This document shows, piece after piece, positions 1 through 9,900 of a stretch of DNA of 32,000 bases. Location of the stretch: the NCBI RefSeq assembly GCF_014297275.1, contig NZ_JACOQK010000001.1, forward strand, positions 1,453,584-1,485,583. The letters run 5' to 3'. Under the pieces are notes generated by a model that worked only from the letters and a program-made list of their open reading frames with translations, had not been told where the DNA came from and made no database searches. Positions within the stretch are counted from its first letter, which is position 1; every line of letters starts with the position of its first letter. This DNA comes from Clostridium facile. GTDB taxonomy: Bacteria; Bacillota; Clostridia; Oscillospirales; Ruminococcaceae. Made by a program: the position numbers and the translations under genes.

Positions 1-1176
1 GTAGTATGTTTGATTCTATATTTCATCCAAGGTCTTACCAGTGGCTTTGGCATTAAATTAGGACAGTTCTTCGGAGCCAAAAATAAAATGCAAATGAAAC
101 GCAGTGTTGCTACTTCTATTTTGCTATCCATTCTGTTTACCATTTTTATTACTATTATCAGCTGCTCCCTAGCCCACCCAATAATGGGATGGATCCATAC
201 ACCAAATGATATTTATCAAATGGCTTATGACTATATGTTTGTTATCATGCTTGGAACAGGAGCGACGGTATATTACAATTTAATTTCCAATATTTTAAGA
301 GCATTGGGAGATAGTAAAACACCACTGTATTTTCTAATTTTATCCTCTATTCTAAATATTATATTAGACTATATATTTATCGTCCCATTCGGATGGGGAG
401 TAGCTGGCGCTGCTTATGCTACTGTATTGTCCCAACTTGTTTCGGCTATTTTATGTACCCTGTTTGCTTTGAAAAAGTTTGATATCATGCATTTACAAAG
501 TCAAGATTGGAAAATTACAAAAGAAGATATCTTTTCCCATTTAAGAATTGGATTTCCTATGGGCTTCCAGATGTCAGTTATGTGTATTGGACTATTAGCG
601 ATGCAATCTGCTGTAAATAGCATTGGAACCAATGCCATTGCAGGATATACCGCAGCTACAAAAATGGACCAAATTTCCGTATTAATCAATAACGCATTTG
701 GCATTGCTATTTCAAACTATGTGGCACAAAACTATGGAGCTGGGCTGGTTGCAAGGATAAAAAAAGGCGTCCTTGATTGTTTTATTATGACAACCATAGC
801 CAATATTCTCATTGCTGGATTAATGTTATTGTTGCAGCCATGGGTAGTTCCCTTATTTGTAGAAAACCCAAATCCAGAAATTTTTATGTACGCAAAAGAT
901 TATTTATTTGTTGTAGTCCCCTTTTATATTCTGTTGGGGATTTTAATTACTTACCGTTCCGCAGTACAAAGTATTGGCATTACATGGGGGCCATTTATCG
1001 CTTGCATGATTGAACTGGTAATGCGTGTTTCATGTGCCTTGGGATTAGTATATCTTTGGGGATATAAAGGAGTTTGTTTTGCTACCCCAATGGCATGGTT
1101 AGGCGCAGTTGTATTCCTATTACCTGTATATTTCAAGAATATGCGTTCTCTTTCCACAACTGTAAATTTAAAATAA
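1..1176 (+). CDS. MATE family efflux transporter (N-terminus lies outside the window)
   Basis: The frame is open from base 1. About 390 aa of polytopic membrane protein with MATE-like sequence (GLTSGFG..., ALGDSKTPLYF, YATVLSQ) and a duplicated multi-TM pattern. Stop at 1174-1176. Confidence 0.8.
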   Translation, partial: VVCLILYFIQGLTSGFGIKLGQFFGAKNKMQMKRSVATSILLSILFTIFITIISCSLAHPIMGWIHTPNDIYQMAYDYMFVIMLGTGATVYYNLISNILRALGDSKTPLYFLILSSILNIILDYIFIVPFGWGVAGAAYATVLSQLVSAILCTLFALKKFDIMHLQSQDWKITKEDIFSHLRIGFPMGFQMSVMCIGLLAMQSAVNSIGTNAIAGYTAATKMDQISVLINNAFGIAISNYVAQNYGAGLVARIKKGVLDCFIMTTIANILIAGLMLLLQPWVVPLFVENPNPEIFMYAKDYLFVVVPFYILLGILITYRSAVQSIGITWGPFIACMIELVMRVSCALGLVYLWGYKGVCFATPMAWLGAVVFLLPVYFKNMRSLSTTVNLK

Positions 1177-1316
1177 AAAAGAGAACTACGATAGCGCTCT
1201 TTATAATATTAATTCTATCAGGTATACCAATATCATATAACATTCTATACAACTATTGAAAAACAATATTTGCTATGATAGGCTATATAATAAACGAAGA
1301 ATTAAAGGAATTTACA

Positions 1317-2219
1317 ATGGAACATAAGCGATTTTTTGGACATTTAACAGCATTATTTACAATTATCATATGGGGAACTACCTTTATTTCTACAAAAATC
1401 TTATTAGTAGATTTTACACCAATCGAAATATTATTTTTTCGGTTTGTATTGGGACTAATCGCGTTGGTAATTGCCTATCCACGACGTTTAAAATTAACTG
1501 ATGGAAAACAAGAGTTACTTTTTATAGGAGCTGGGGTAACCGGTGTAACCTTGTATTATTTGCTGGAAAACATTGCTTTAACTTATACAATGGCTTCTAA
1601 TGTAGGTGTTATTGTTTCTATTTCACCATTTTTTACGGCAATTTTATCTCATTTTTTCTTGAAAGGTGAAAAATTAAAAATAAACTTTTTGATCGGTTTT
1701 ATCGTAGCTATTACTGGAATCTGCTTGATTAGCTTTCCGGATTATTCTGATGTACACCTAAATCCGATTGGGGAGATATTAGCGATTTTAGCTTCCTTTA
1801 TTTGGTCTATATATTCCATTCTCACTCGAAAAATTAGCATGTATGGATACAATACGATACAAACAACCAGAAGGACGTTCTTTTATGGGACTGTATTTAT
1901 GATACCAGCGTTATTTTTCTCGGATTTTAAATTTGACCTTATCCGTTTTTTCAATCCCACCTATCTGGGCAATATTTTATTTTTGGGTTTAGGGGCTTGT
2001 GCGCTTTGTTTTGTCAGCTGGAATTTAGCAGTAAAACAGCTTGGTGCTATTCAAACAAGCGTTTATATTTATATGGTTCCAGTGGTTACTATTGTTACAT
2101 CTTTTCTTATTCTGCACGAAAACATAACTTGGATCACTATCTTAGGCACATGCTTAACATTAACCGGCCTTGTTATCTCAGAAAGCCAACATTTTTTAGC
2201 AAACCGAAAAAAACACTAG
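1317..2219 (+). CDS. EamA/DMT superfamily permease
   Basis: About 300 aa with roughly 10 hydrophobic helices in two EamA-like halves. ATG at 1317 sits 7 nt after AAAGGAA; the upstream in-frame ATG at 1275 lacks an RBS. Confidence 0.8.
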   Translation: MEHKRFFGHLTALFTIIIWGTTFISTKILLVDFTPIEILFFRFVLGLIALVIAYPRRLKLTDGKQELLFIGAGVTGVTLYYLLENIALTYTMASNVGVIVSISPFFTAILSHFFLKGEKLKINFLIGFIVAITGICLISFPDYSDVHLNPIGEILAILASFIWSIYSILTRKISMYGYNTIQTTRRTFFYGTVFMIPALFFSDFKFDLIRFFNPTYLGNILFLGLGACALCFVSWNLAVKQLGAIQTSVYIYMVPVVTIVTSFLILHENITWITILGTCLTLTGLVISESQHFLANRKKH

Positions 2220-2230
2220 TTACGAAAAAA

Positions 2231-2257
2231 CTCCCTGAGTAAATTCAGGGAGTTTTT
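2231..2257. terminator. Rho-independent terminator, bidirectional geometry
   Basis: Perfect 8-bp stem CTCCCTGA/TCAGGGAG (2231-2238 / 2245-2252) with a 6-nt loop. A-run upstream and T5 downstream. Lies between the convergent EamA and ybaK genes. Confidence 0.8.
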
Positions 2258-2392
2258 CTCTTTTTCACTTGATAAGGTAGTTTCTAATGAGAATAAAAAT
2301 ATTATTTTAAAGGAACTAAATTTTATCTATTTCGATTACATAATATGGTAGGATTTCTGTTAGAAAATCAATTACTGCTCCAGTAACCAAAA

Positions 2393-2881
2393 TTACTTTT
2401 TGGTAATATCCGCAAAACTAGCGCCAATTAATCTTGAAAGGTCGGTTGGAGAAGTTTCTACTTGATATCCAATCTTTCCTCCACTATAAATCATCGTGTC
2501 TAAACTTTGTGCAGTAGAGTCGATTACAGTGCGATACTGTTTTTTCATTCCAATAGGGGAACATCCTCCTCTAATATAGCCAGTTATCTTGTTGATTTCT
2601 GCTACATGGATCATTTCCACTGACTTTTCTTCCACAGACCTTGCCGCAGCTTTTAAATCTAGCTCTGCTACTACTGGAATTACAAATACAAAATAATCTT
2701 TACTATGTCCTCTTGTCACCAAAGTTTTAAACACCTGTTCCAAAGGTTGTCCAAGTTGTTCAGCAACTGAAACCCCATCTACTGCCTCGTTCCCTTTATG
2801 GGAATATGTATAGTGTCGATACGGAATATTTGCCTGGTCTAAAATACGCATTACATTGGTTTTATCATTCTTTTTTGCCAT
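2393..2881 (-). CDS. ybaK: Cys-tRNA(Pro)/Cys-tRNA(Cys) deacylase, YbaK/EbsC family
   Basis: N-terminus MAKKNDKTNVMRILDQANIPY and the GGCSPIG motif are typical of YbaK/EbsC trans-editing proteins. I chose the ATG at 2881 because it retains the conserved KTN-MR N-terminus. It overlaps the nhaC stop by 17 nt. Confidence 0.8.
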   Translation of the reverse strand: MAKKNDKTNVMRILDQANIPYRHYTYSHKGNEAVDGVSVAEQLGQPLEQVFKTLVTRGHSKDYFVFVIPVVAELDLKAAARSVEEKSVEMIHVAEINKITGYIRGGCSPIGMKKQYRTVIDSTAQSLDTMIYSGGKIGYQVETSPTDLSRLIGASFADITKK

Positions 2882-4160
2882 TATTTTTGATAACCTTCTT
2901 TCCAAAACAGATAAATAGAATTGCGCTAACACCCATTAAAACAGGGTAATATAAATTTGGTAAAATATCCGTTGGATGTAGGGATGCTAACGAAGCAGCT
3001 GTCAACAACTGTGCTCCGTACGGGAGGATTCCCTGTATCACTGAGGTAAAAATATCTAAAATAGAAGCTACCCTTTTCGGAGGTATTTCATATTCCTCTC
3101 CAATTTCCTTTACAATCCCACCGGCCATTACAATCGCTACGGTGTTATTCGCCGTACAGACATCGACAGCAGCGGAAATTCCGGCAATCCCCAATTCTGC
3201 CCCTTTTCTTCCTCTAAAGCATTTTCGGATGGCATAAATTAAGAACTGAATCCCTCCATTTTGCCTCACTAAAGCTACCACTGCAGCAACCACCATGGAA
3301 AGGATAGAAATTTCATACATGGATTCTATACCAGAACCCAGAGCCTCAAACATTCCTAAAAAATCAAACTTTCCTGTTGCCAGTCCAACAATGATAGATA
3401 CCCCGATACCGGAAAACAATACAATAAATACATTAAAGCCAATTAACGCCCCAATTAAAACTACCAAATATGGTAAAATCTGAAATATATTGTAACTCAT
3501 GTCCCCTGTAACAACATAGGTACTATGAAAAGTACGTGATACTAAGATGATAATGGTAACAATTGCCGCTGGCAGGACGATTAAAAAATTCTGTTTAAAT
3601 TTATCCTTCATTTCACAACCTTGTGTCCGTACTGCAGCAATGGTAGTATCTGAAATCATAGAAAGGTTATCTCCAAACATGGCCCCACATACTACGGCTC
3701 CTACCGTTAAAGCCAATGGAAGATTGGTTTTTTCTGAAATACCAACCGCGATTGGTGTTAAGGCAGTAATTGTTCCTACCGAAGTCCCCATAGAAAGAGA
3801 GATAAAGCATCCCACTATAAAAATACCCACTACAGCCAAATTAGGAGGGATAATAGAAAGGCTAAAATTTACGGTGCTATCTGCCCCACCAGCAGCTTTT
3901 ACAATACCAGAAAAAGCTCCAGCTAATATAAAGATAAACACCATGGTAATAATTGTTTCATCTCCGGCGCCTTTGCAGGCTGTTTCAATCTTTTTTGCCA
4001 ATGGGAGCGACCTGTTTTGAAATAGTGCTACTACCAATGCCACTAAAAAACCAACCACAGCAGGCATAATATAAAAATCTCCTGTAATGATTCCTGTACC
4101 TACAAAAATAATCAAAAAGATGCCAATTGGCAACAATCCTAAAACATGTCCTTTTTCCAT
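2865..4160 (-). CDS. nhaC: Na+/H+ antiporter, NhaC family
   Basis: 431-aa polytopic membrane protein. The N-terminal LLPIGIFLIIFVGTGI...GDFY and internal GAFSGIVKAAGG segments resemble the NhaC family. AGGAGA RBS upstream of the ATG at 4160. Confidence 0.75.
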   Translation of the reverse strand: MEKGHVLGLLPIGIFLIIFVGTGIITGDFYIMPAVVGFLVALVVALFQNRSLPLAKKIETACKGAGDETIITMVFIFILAGAFSGIVKAAGGADSTVNFSLSIIPPNLAVVGIFIVGCFISLSMGTSVGTITALTPIAVGISEKTNLPLALTVGAVVCGAMFGDNLSMISDTTIAAVRTQGCEMKDKFKQNFLIVLPAAIVTIIILVSRTFHSTYVVTGDMSYNIFQILPYLVVLIGALIGFNVFIVLFSGIGVSIIVGLATGKFDFLGMFEALGSGIESMYEISILSMVVAAVVALVRQNGGIQFLIYAIRKCFRGRKGAELGIAGISAAVDVCTANNTVAIVMAGGIVKEIGEEYEIPPKRVASILDIFTSVIQGILPYGAQLLTAASLASLHPTDILPNLYYPVLMGVSAILFICFGKKVIKNNGKKE

Positions 4161-4173
4161 AAAAATAATTCTC

Positions 4174-5001
4174 CTATTTTAAATTGGATTGATATACGAA
4201 TAAATGGAACTCTACTGTAACCGTCAATTCCTTTAAGGAAGCTAAACGTTGGTAATCTTCTATAGATGTTTTATAGTAATAAGGGGTCATTTTAAACAGG
4301 GAATCTATCAATTCTGGTTCTTCCAGATGTATTGGATAGCATAAATGCTGTTGCTCAATCAAATGGAATCCTTGCAGTATTGTGTCTTTTACTTCATTTT
4401 TATATGGTTGTTGGTATACTGCCTGTTTTAGTTCCCATAAATGTTCTTTTCCAGGAACAGCCAATATCATATATCCATCTGGCCGCAAAACACGCAATAG
4501 TTCTTCCCCACAATAAGGGGCAAACAAATTAAATACACCGTTACAGCTATGATCATCTACTGGAAGATGAAACGCACTGGCTACTGCATAATTAATCGCT
4601 TTATTCTGTTTAGCAGCCTTGTCCAACGCAAATTTAGAAATATCAATCCCTGATAAAGAAACCTGAGTTTGATTATGATTAAGATGGCGCTGTATTTGAT
4701 TGGTATAATATCCTTCCCCGCATCCAACATCCAACAAAATATCACTATTTTGGAAGTATTGTTCTGCTATTTTACAAATTAGTTCTGCCAGTGGCTGATA
4801 ATACCCTTTGGATAAAAAATTACGACGTGCAGCAACCATTAATTTATTGTCCCCTGGCAATTTTGAATGCTTACTATTGGGTAGTAATAAATTGACATAT
4901 CCGCTTTTAGAGCGGTCAAATACATGCCCCTTGGGACAATAATATTTGGCGGGGTCCTGTTGTAATGGCCTTCCACAGCATGGACATAAAAATATACTCA
5001 T
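4174..5001 (-). CDS. rlmA: 23S rRNA (guanine-N1)-methyltransferase, RlmA family
   Basis: N-terminal Zn-ribbon CPCC...CPKGH. Motifs GYVNLL, PGDNK.M..ARR.FL..G.YQPL and the SAM motif LDVGCGEGYY are colinear with E. coli RlmA as I recall it. Confidence 0.85.
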   Translation of the reverse strand: MSIFLCPCCGRPLQQDPAKYYCPKGHVFDRSKSGYVNLLLPNSKHSKLPGDNKLMVAARRNFLSKGYYQPLAELICKIAEQYFQNSDILLDVGCGEGYYTNQIQRHLNHNQTQVSLSGIDISKFALDKAAKQNKAINYAVASAFHLPVDDHSCNGVFNLFAPYCGEELLRVLRPDGYMILAVPGKEHLWELKQAVYQQPYKNEVKDTILQGFHLIEQQHLCYPIHLEEPELIDSLFKMTPYYYKTSIEDYQRLASLKELTVTVEFHLFVYQSNLK

Positions 5002-5092
5002 AATAATAGTCCTTTTTTAAAATCTTAATTTCGAGTACTGTTGTTTCAATTTAATCTTCTGATCATGATAAACAGCTATTTAAATCAGATTT

Positions 5093-5121
5093 ATTATAAC
5101 ATATTTTGAAATGAATTCCAA
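5093..5121 (-). promoter_or_regulatory. Sigma-A-type promoter for rlmA-nhaC-ybaK
   Basis: The minus strand reads TTGGAA, a 17-nt spacer, then TATAAT with an extended TG (TGTTATAAT). About 85-nt leader to the ATG at 5001. Confidence 0.5.
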
Positions 5122-5282
5122 TGAAATCATGTATTACCAAAATTATGATAATTTTTTGTCAATCATGCAAAAAATCAAATCTTTTTATTGTTAAAATTGC
5201 CATACTAACCCATAAAATAACATTAAAATTTATGGATTTCATTGTTTATTATGAACACTTTCTTATAATCTGCATATTTCAA

Positions 5283-5310
5283 TTGTTTCTTAAAAATATC
5301 ATGCTATAAT
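5283..5310 (+). promoter_or_regulatory. Sigma-A-type promoter for the GT2 synthase gene
   Basis: TTGTTT, a 16-nt spacer, then TATAAT with an extended TG (TGCTATAAT). About 115-nt leader to the TTG start at 5432. Confidence 0.45.
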
Positions 5311-5431
5311 ATTTTTTGATCTTGAATATCTTTGTTGTGTTAAACTATGCTACGTTAAAATGGTATTAAAAATTTATTGTAAGCAAAACAAAATAACGCT
5401 ATTGTTTTAGAGGATATAGGGGGAAGTTCTT

Positions 5432-6691
5432 TTGCTTAATTTTATTCAAAATTTCAATTTGGTAATTATGATAATATTTACAGTATGCTATGCATACCAA
5501 TTTTTTTATGCTTTTTATGCTTTATTCAAAAAGCCAAAACAATATGATGCTACAAAACAACACAGTTATGCTGTGATTATTTCGGCTAGAAATGAAAGCG
5601 CTGTAATTGCCCAGTTAATCAGAAGTATTCGGCAGCAAAAATATCCGGCAAAACTCATTGATATTTATGTAGTAGCCGATAACTGTACCGATAATACGGC
5701 CCAAATTGCCCGTGAAGCTGGCGCGATTGTATATGAACGTTTTAATACACAACAAGTAGGAAAAGGATATGCCTTAGATTATATTTTTAAAATTATCCAT
5801 AATTCTTCTAAAGCAGATGCATATGAAGGATATTTTGTTTTTGATGCAGACAATCTGTTAGATGAAAATTATATCGCAGAAATGAACAAAGTATTTGATA
5901 ATGGTTACCGCATTGTAACCAGTTACCGGAACTCTAAAAACTATGATACTAACTGGCTATCCTCTGGTTATTCCCTATGGTTCTTAAGGGAATCAAAATA
6001 CCTAAATAATGCACGTATGATGTTGAATACAAGTTGTGCAATTTCTGGCACAGGATTCCTTGTTCATCGTGATATTATCATTAAAAATAACGGCTGGAAG
6101 CACCATCTTTTAACAGAAGATATTGAGTTCTCAGCAGATAATATTATTCAAGGAGAAAAAATTGGTTACTGTGGCACTGCTGTATTATATGATGAACAGC
6201 CAACTACATTTAGACAATCATGGAATCAAAGACTGCGTTGGGCAAAAGGATTTTATCAAGTATTTGCAAGATATGGCGGTGGATTGTTAAAAGGCATTTT
6301 CAAAAATCACAGTTTTGCTTGCTTTGATATGTTTATGACGATTTCTCCAGCAATGTTTGTTTCTTTATCCAGTATTGTAATGAATGCCGTCTTCTTAATC
6401 TGTGGGTTATTATCCCCAGAATCATCTCAAGCAATTATTACAACAACCTTAACTTCATTAGGAGGAACACTTTTAAACTTTTATTGTATTTTCTTCTTCT
6501 TTGGTGGTTTAACTTTAATTACAGAATGGAAAAAGATTTATGCAAAACCTGTTAAAATAGTTCTATCCCTATTTACATTTCCTTTATTTATGTTTACTTA
6601 TATTCCAATCGCATTGGTTGCCCTATTTAAAAAAATCGAATGGAAACCAATCGAACATACTGTTACGAAATCCATTGAAGATGTACAATAA
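5432..6691 (+). CDS. Membrane-embedded processive family-2 glycosyltransferase (PgaC/IcaA/cellulose-synthase-like polysaccharide synthase)
   Basis: TTG start 7 nt after AGGGGGA. One N-terminal TM helix plus a C-terminal cluster of TM helices. GT-A motifs FVFDADN (DxD), TEDIEFS (TED) and QRLRWAKG (QxxRW, the hallmark of processive synthases). Confidence 0.8.
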   Translation: MLNFIQNFNLVIMIIFTVCYAYQFFYAFYALFKKPKQYDATKQHSYAVIISARNESAVIAQLIRSIRQQKYPAKLIDIYVVADNCTDNTAQIAREAGAIVYERFNTQQVGKGYALDYIFKIIHNSSKADAYEGYFVFDADNLLDENYIAEMNKVFDNGYRIVTSYRNSKNYDTNWLSSGYSLWFLRESKYLNNARMMLNTSCAISGTGFLVHRDIIIKNNGWKHHLLTEDIEFSADNIIQGEKIGYCGTAVLYDEQPTTFRQSWNQRLRWAKGFYQVFARYGGGLLKGIFKNHSFACFDMFMTISPAMFVSLSSIVMNAVFLICGLLSPESSQAIITTTLTSLGGTLLNFYCIFFFFGGLTLITEWKKIYAKPVKIVLSLFTFPLFMFTYIPIALVALFKKIEWKPIEHTVTKSIEDVQ

Positions 6692-6693
6692 CC

Positions 6694-6728
6694 ATAAGCC
6701 ATCAGTTTTCCTGATGGCTTATTTTTTT
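6694..6728 (+). terminator. Rho-independent terminator after the GT2 gene
   Basis: Perfect 12-bp stem ATAAGCCATCAG/CTGATGGCTTAT with a 5-nt loop, followed by a T7 run. Confidence 0.85.
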
Positions 6729-6748
6729 ATCATATTCATCTAACACGC

Positions 6749-6777
6749 AACGCAAACAAAATGATTTGCGTTGTTTT
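6749..6777 (+). other. Second perfect hairpin/palindrome (backup terminator or operator)
   Basis: AACGCAAA (6749-6756) and TTTGCGTT (6765-6772) with an 8-nt loop, followed by GTTTT. Confidence 0.35.
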
Positions 6778-6976
6778 ACTTATATACAAAAATAATTCTT
6801 ACAAAGAACACTTCTGTTTTTTGTTTAAAACTACAATATCATTTCGATAAGAAATCTGATAGAATAAATTTTAGTAAATTTTTTCCTGTTATAGGAAGAT
6901 ACAGATTTATTTTACCATTTCAATGAAAAATAACGGGCAATTTTTGCTTGGAACTGGAAAGGAGCAGAAAGAGAAA

Positions 6977-9900
6977 ATGAAAAAAAGAGTTAAATTTATG
7001 AGCCTATTGTTAGCCGGATGCTTATGCCTCCAATGTACAGGCATGGTTTCGTTCGCAAAATCAGAAACATCGGGAAACCAATTATGGTTTGATTTTCAAA
7101 CGCCACCAGACAGCAGTAAAACCCGTCCGCTATGGTTTTGGAATACCGAACTGGATGAAATGACGCCAGAAAAAGTGCGAGAACTTGTTCGGGAATCCTA
7201 TCAACAAAGCGGATATAATGGCTTTGGAATTTTACCAAACTGGATTAGCCAATATCTTTCGGATAACTATTTTGAGTTGTACGAAGCTGCATTGGATGAG
7301 GGAAGCAAATATGGTATGCAGTTCTCACTATATGATGAAAATGGTTTTCCCAGCTATAACGCTGGAGGATTATTGGAAGAAAATTATCCTGAGCTGACTA
7401 CAAAACGTTTGGATAAATTTGAACAGGATGCTTCCAACGGTGAAAAAGTTTATTTATCCCTTCCAGAAGGAAAACTAATGGGTGCAGTTGCGATGAATAT
7501 GGATACAATGGAACGGATTGATATCAGCGACCAAGCTACAATTGTTGATCCTCCTCCATTCAGCCCAGATACCCAGCCTCTGGGGGTTTCCGCTTCTTCT
7601 ACCTATAGTGTAACCAGTGGTTACGAAGCTAGCAAAGCGGTAGATGGTGAACTCTCTACTAGATGGAACGCAGAATCCTTATCCGGTGGTGGTGAGTATC
7701 TGCAAATCAATTTTGGAGAAGAAAAAACCTTCGATTCTGTCAAAGTATATGAAGATAAACTGGAAGAACTACATAGGACCAAAGACTATTCCATCCAATA
7801 CTGGGATATAGCTGAAAATAGGTGGAAAACTGTTGCCACTGGAACTAAAATTACCGATCAGGGTGCAACCCACAGCTTTGAGCCTGTTACTGCCCAATTA
7901 GTTCGCCTTTATATCAGAAATATTACACAGGATAGCGCTTCTATTAGCGAGTTCCAAATTTTTAATGGAAATCAACAGTTAGAAGTTCCTCCTACCCCAC
8001 TTGTTCCAGAGAAAGCTGGATATTCCGCTTCTTCTGTTTATGAAATCGAAGCAGGTTATGAGGCTGATAAAGCATTCGATGGAGATATGACAACCCGTTG
8101 GAATGCAGCTGCCCGGGGTACAGCGCCCCAATGGTTAGAGATTTCTTTTGGGGAAGTCCGGAATGTAAACAAAGCAGTTTTATATGAAGATTTGGACCGT
8201 ATTACCTCATTCCATTTACAATACTGGAATGGTGATTCCTGGGTGGATTGTGCTACAGGTTCTACAATTGGTTCAGCTGGGCTTACCTTAAATTTTGACT
8301 CTGTCCAAACTACAAAAATGCGTTTATTAATGGACGGATTAAATGGAATGAGCCCAACTATCTGGGAAATAGAACTTTATGATGGCAATACAAAAATTCA
8401 GATTAATGAAGATCAACAGCAGCCAGAAAGTTCTCATTTGGAATATACTGTCCCAGATGGAAGCTGGAAAGTAATGGCCTTTATGTGCGTAAAAGACGGC
8501 AACAATGGCATGGATTATTTAGACGCCGATTCTGTACGTGCCTTTATCGATATTACCTATGAAGAATACTATAGCCGGTTCCAAAAATATTTTGAAAATG
8601 GTACCATTACATCCGCTTTTTATGACGAACCAACTTTCTGGCCTTGGCCGGGTACTACTCCTTATGGTGCGGAAGGAGCGCGTTTATGGACACCAGAATA
8701 TAACAAAGCTTATGAAGAAACCTTTAACGGTGAAAGCCCTGTGTTAAATTATCCTGCTTTGTGGTATGAGATTGGTAAAGACACCGACGAAGCAAGAAAT
8801 AAGTTGCAATATGTACGTACCGAGCTGTTCGCAGAAAATTATATTGGACAGATTGCGGACTGGTGTGACGACCATGGAATCGACCTGATGGGACATATGT
8901 TATTGGAAGAATGGGTCAATCCAGTCGGACTTCATGGTGATTTGATGAAAGTGTTTAAAGACCAGCAAATTCCTGGTGTGGACGTTATTGGCAGCTATGG
9001 CTACACCCAAGAAGCTTATAAAATTATATCTTCTTCTGCCAACAATTGGGATAAAGGAGTGGTAATGTCCGAATCATTTGGAGCCATGGGAGAAAATATG
9101 GATAAAAATATCTTACATAAATCTTCTATGGACCAGTACGCAAAAGGAGTTAATATGATTATTCCACATGCTATCTGGTATGATAACATCAACCATGTTG
9201 ATGCTCCACCTGAACTTTCCTACCGTAATGAACGATATCGTGAAGAATTGCCAATCTATAATAACTATATGGGAAGGTTAAATACCATGTTGCAAGATGG
9301 TAGGCATGTTGCGGACATTGCCATGCTTTATCCAATCGATTATTTAGAATCCAGCTTTATCTTCAATGGTGACGCAAATAACCCTTCTGACGCAGACTAT
9401 ATGCGTGTTGGGGAAACTTTATCCTTAACTGCTCGTCGAGATTTTACTTATTTGCATCCAGATATTATTGATGAAAGATGTTCTGTAGATGGAGACACCT
9501 TCCATTTAGAAAATGAAACCAACTATGAAGACTATAAAGTTTTTGTAATTCCAGGTACCAAGGTAATCAGCCTTTCCAATCTGGAAAAAATTAAAGATTT
9601 CTACGATAATGGCGGAAAAGTAATTGCTACCACCCAACTCCCTTATCGTGGAATCGAAGACAGCGAAAATGAACAAGTAATTTCTATTATTAAAGAAATG
9701 TTCCAGGTTGATCCTGTTACAGGGCAATCCTTGGCATCTTCTACGGGGGAATACACCAAAAATACCAATGCGGCAGGTGGTACAGCATATTTCATTCAAA
9801 CTGGATTTGAAACAAAACTGCAAACTGTTTTAGATGATGCTCTCCCAACCTATGATGTGGAAATTGACCAGGTTCCAGCTATTTCTGGCGGTAATTTAAG

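Noticed and set aside
3547-4020. A 157-aa ORF antisense to nhaC, and similar antisense or overlapping ORFs elsewhere in the ORF track (for example 17706-18155, 11510-11872, 13547-13918, 21838-22170, 30332-30700, 31111-31431).
   Set aside because: Each lies wholly inside a confidently identified gene on the opposite strand, lacks an RBS and has a non-protein-like composition.
5121-5309. A 62-aa plus-strand ORF in the rlmA/GT2 divergent intergenic region.
   Set aside because: Its composition is extremely AT-rich with Ile/Phe/Lys bias, it has no RBS, and it is occupied by the two divergent promoter candidates.
6923-6976. The upstream ATG at 6923 as the glycosidase start.
   Set aside because: It has no RBS and would put 18 polar residues ahead of the signal peptide. 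The ATG at 6977 follows GGAAAGGAG and begins a typical n-region (MKKRVK).
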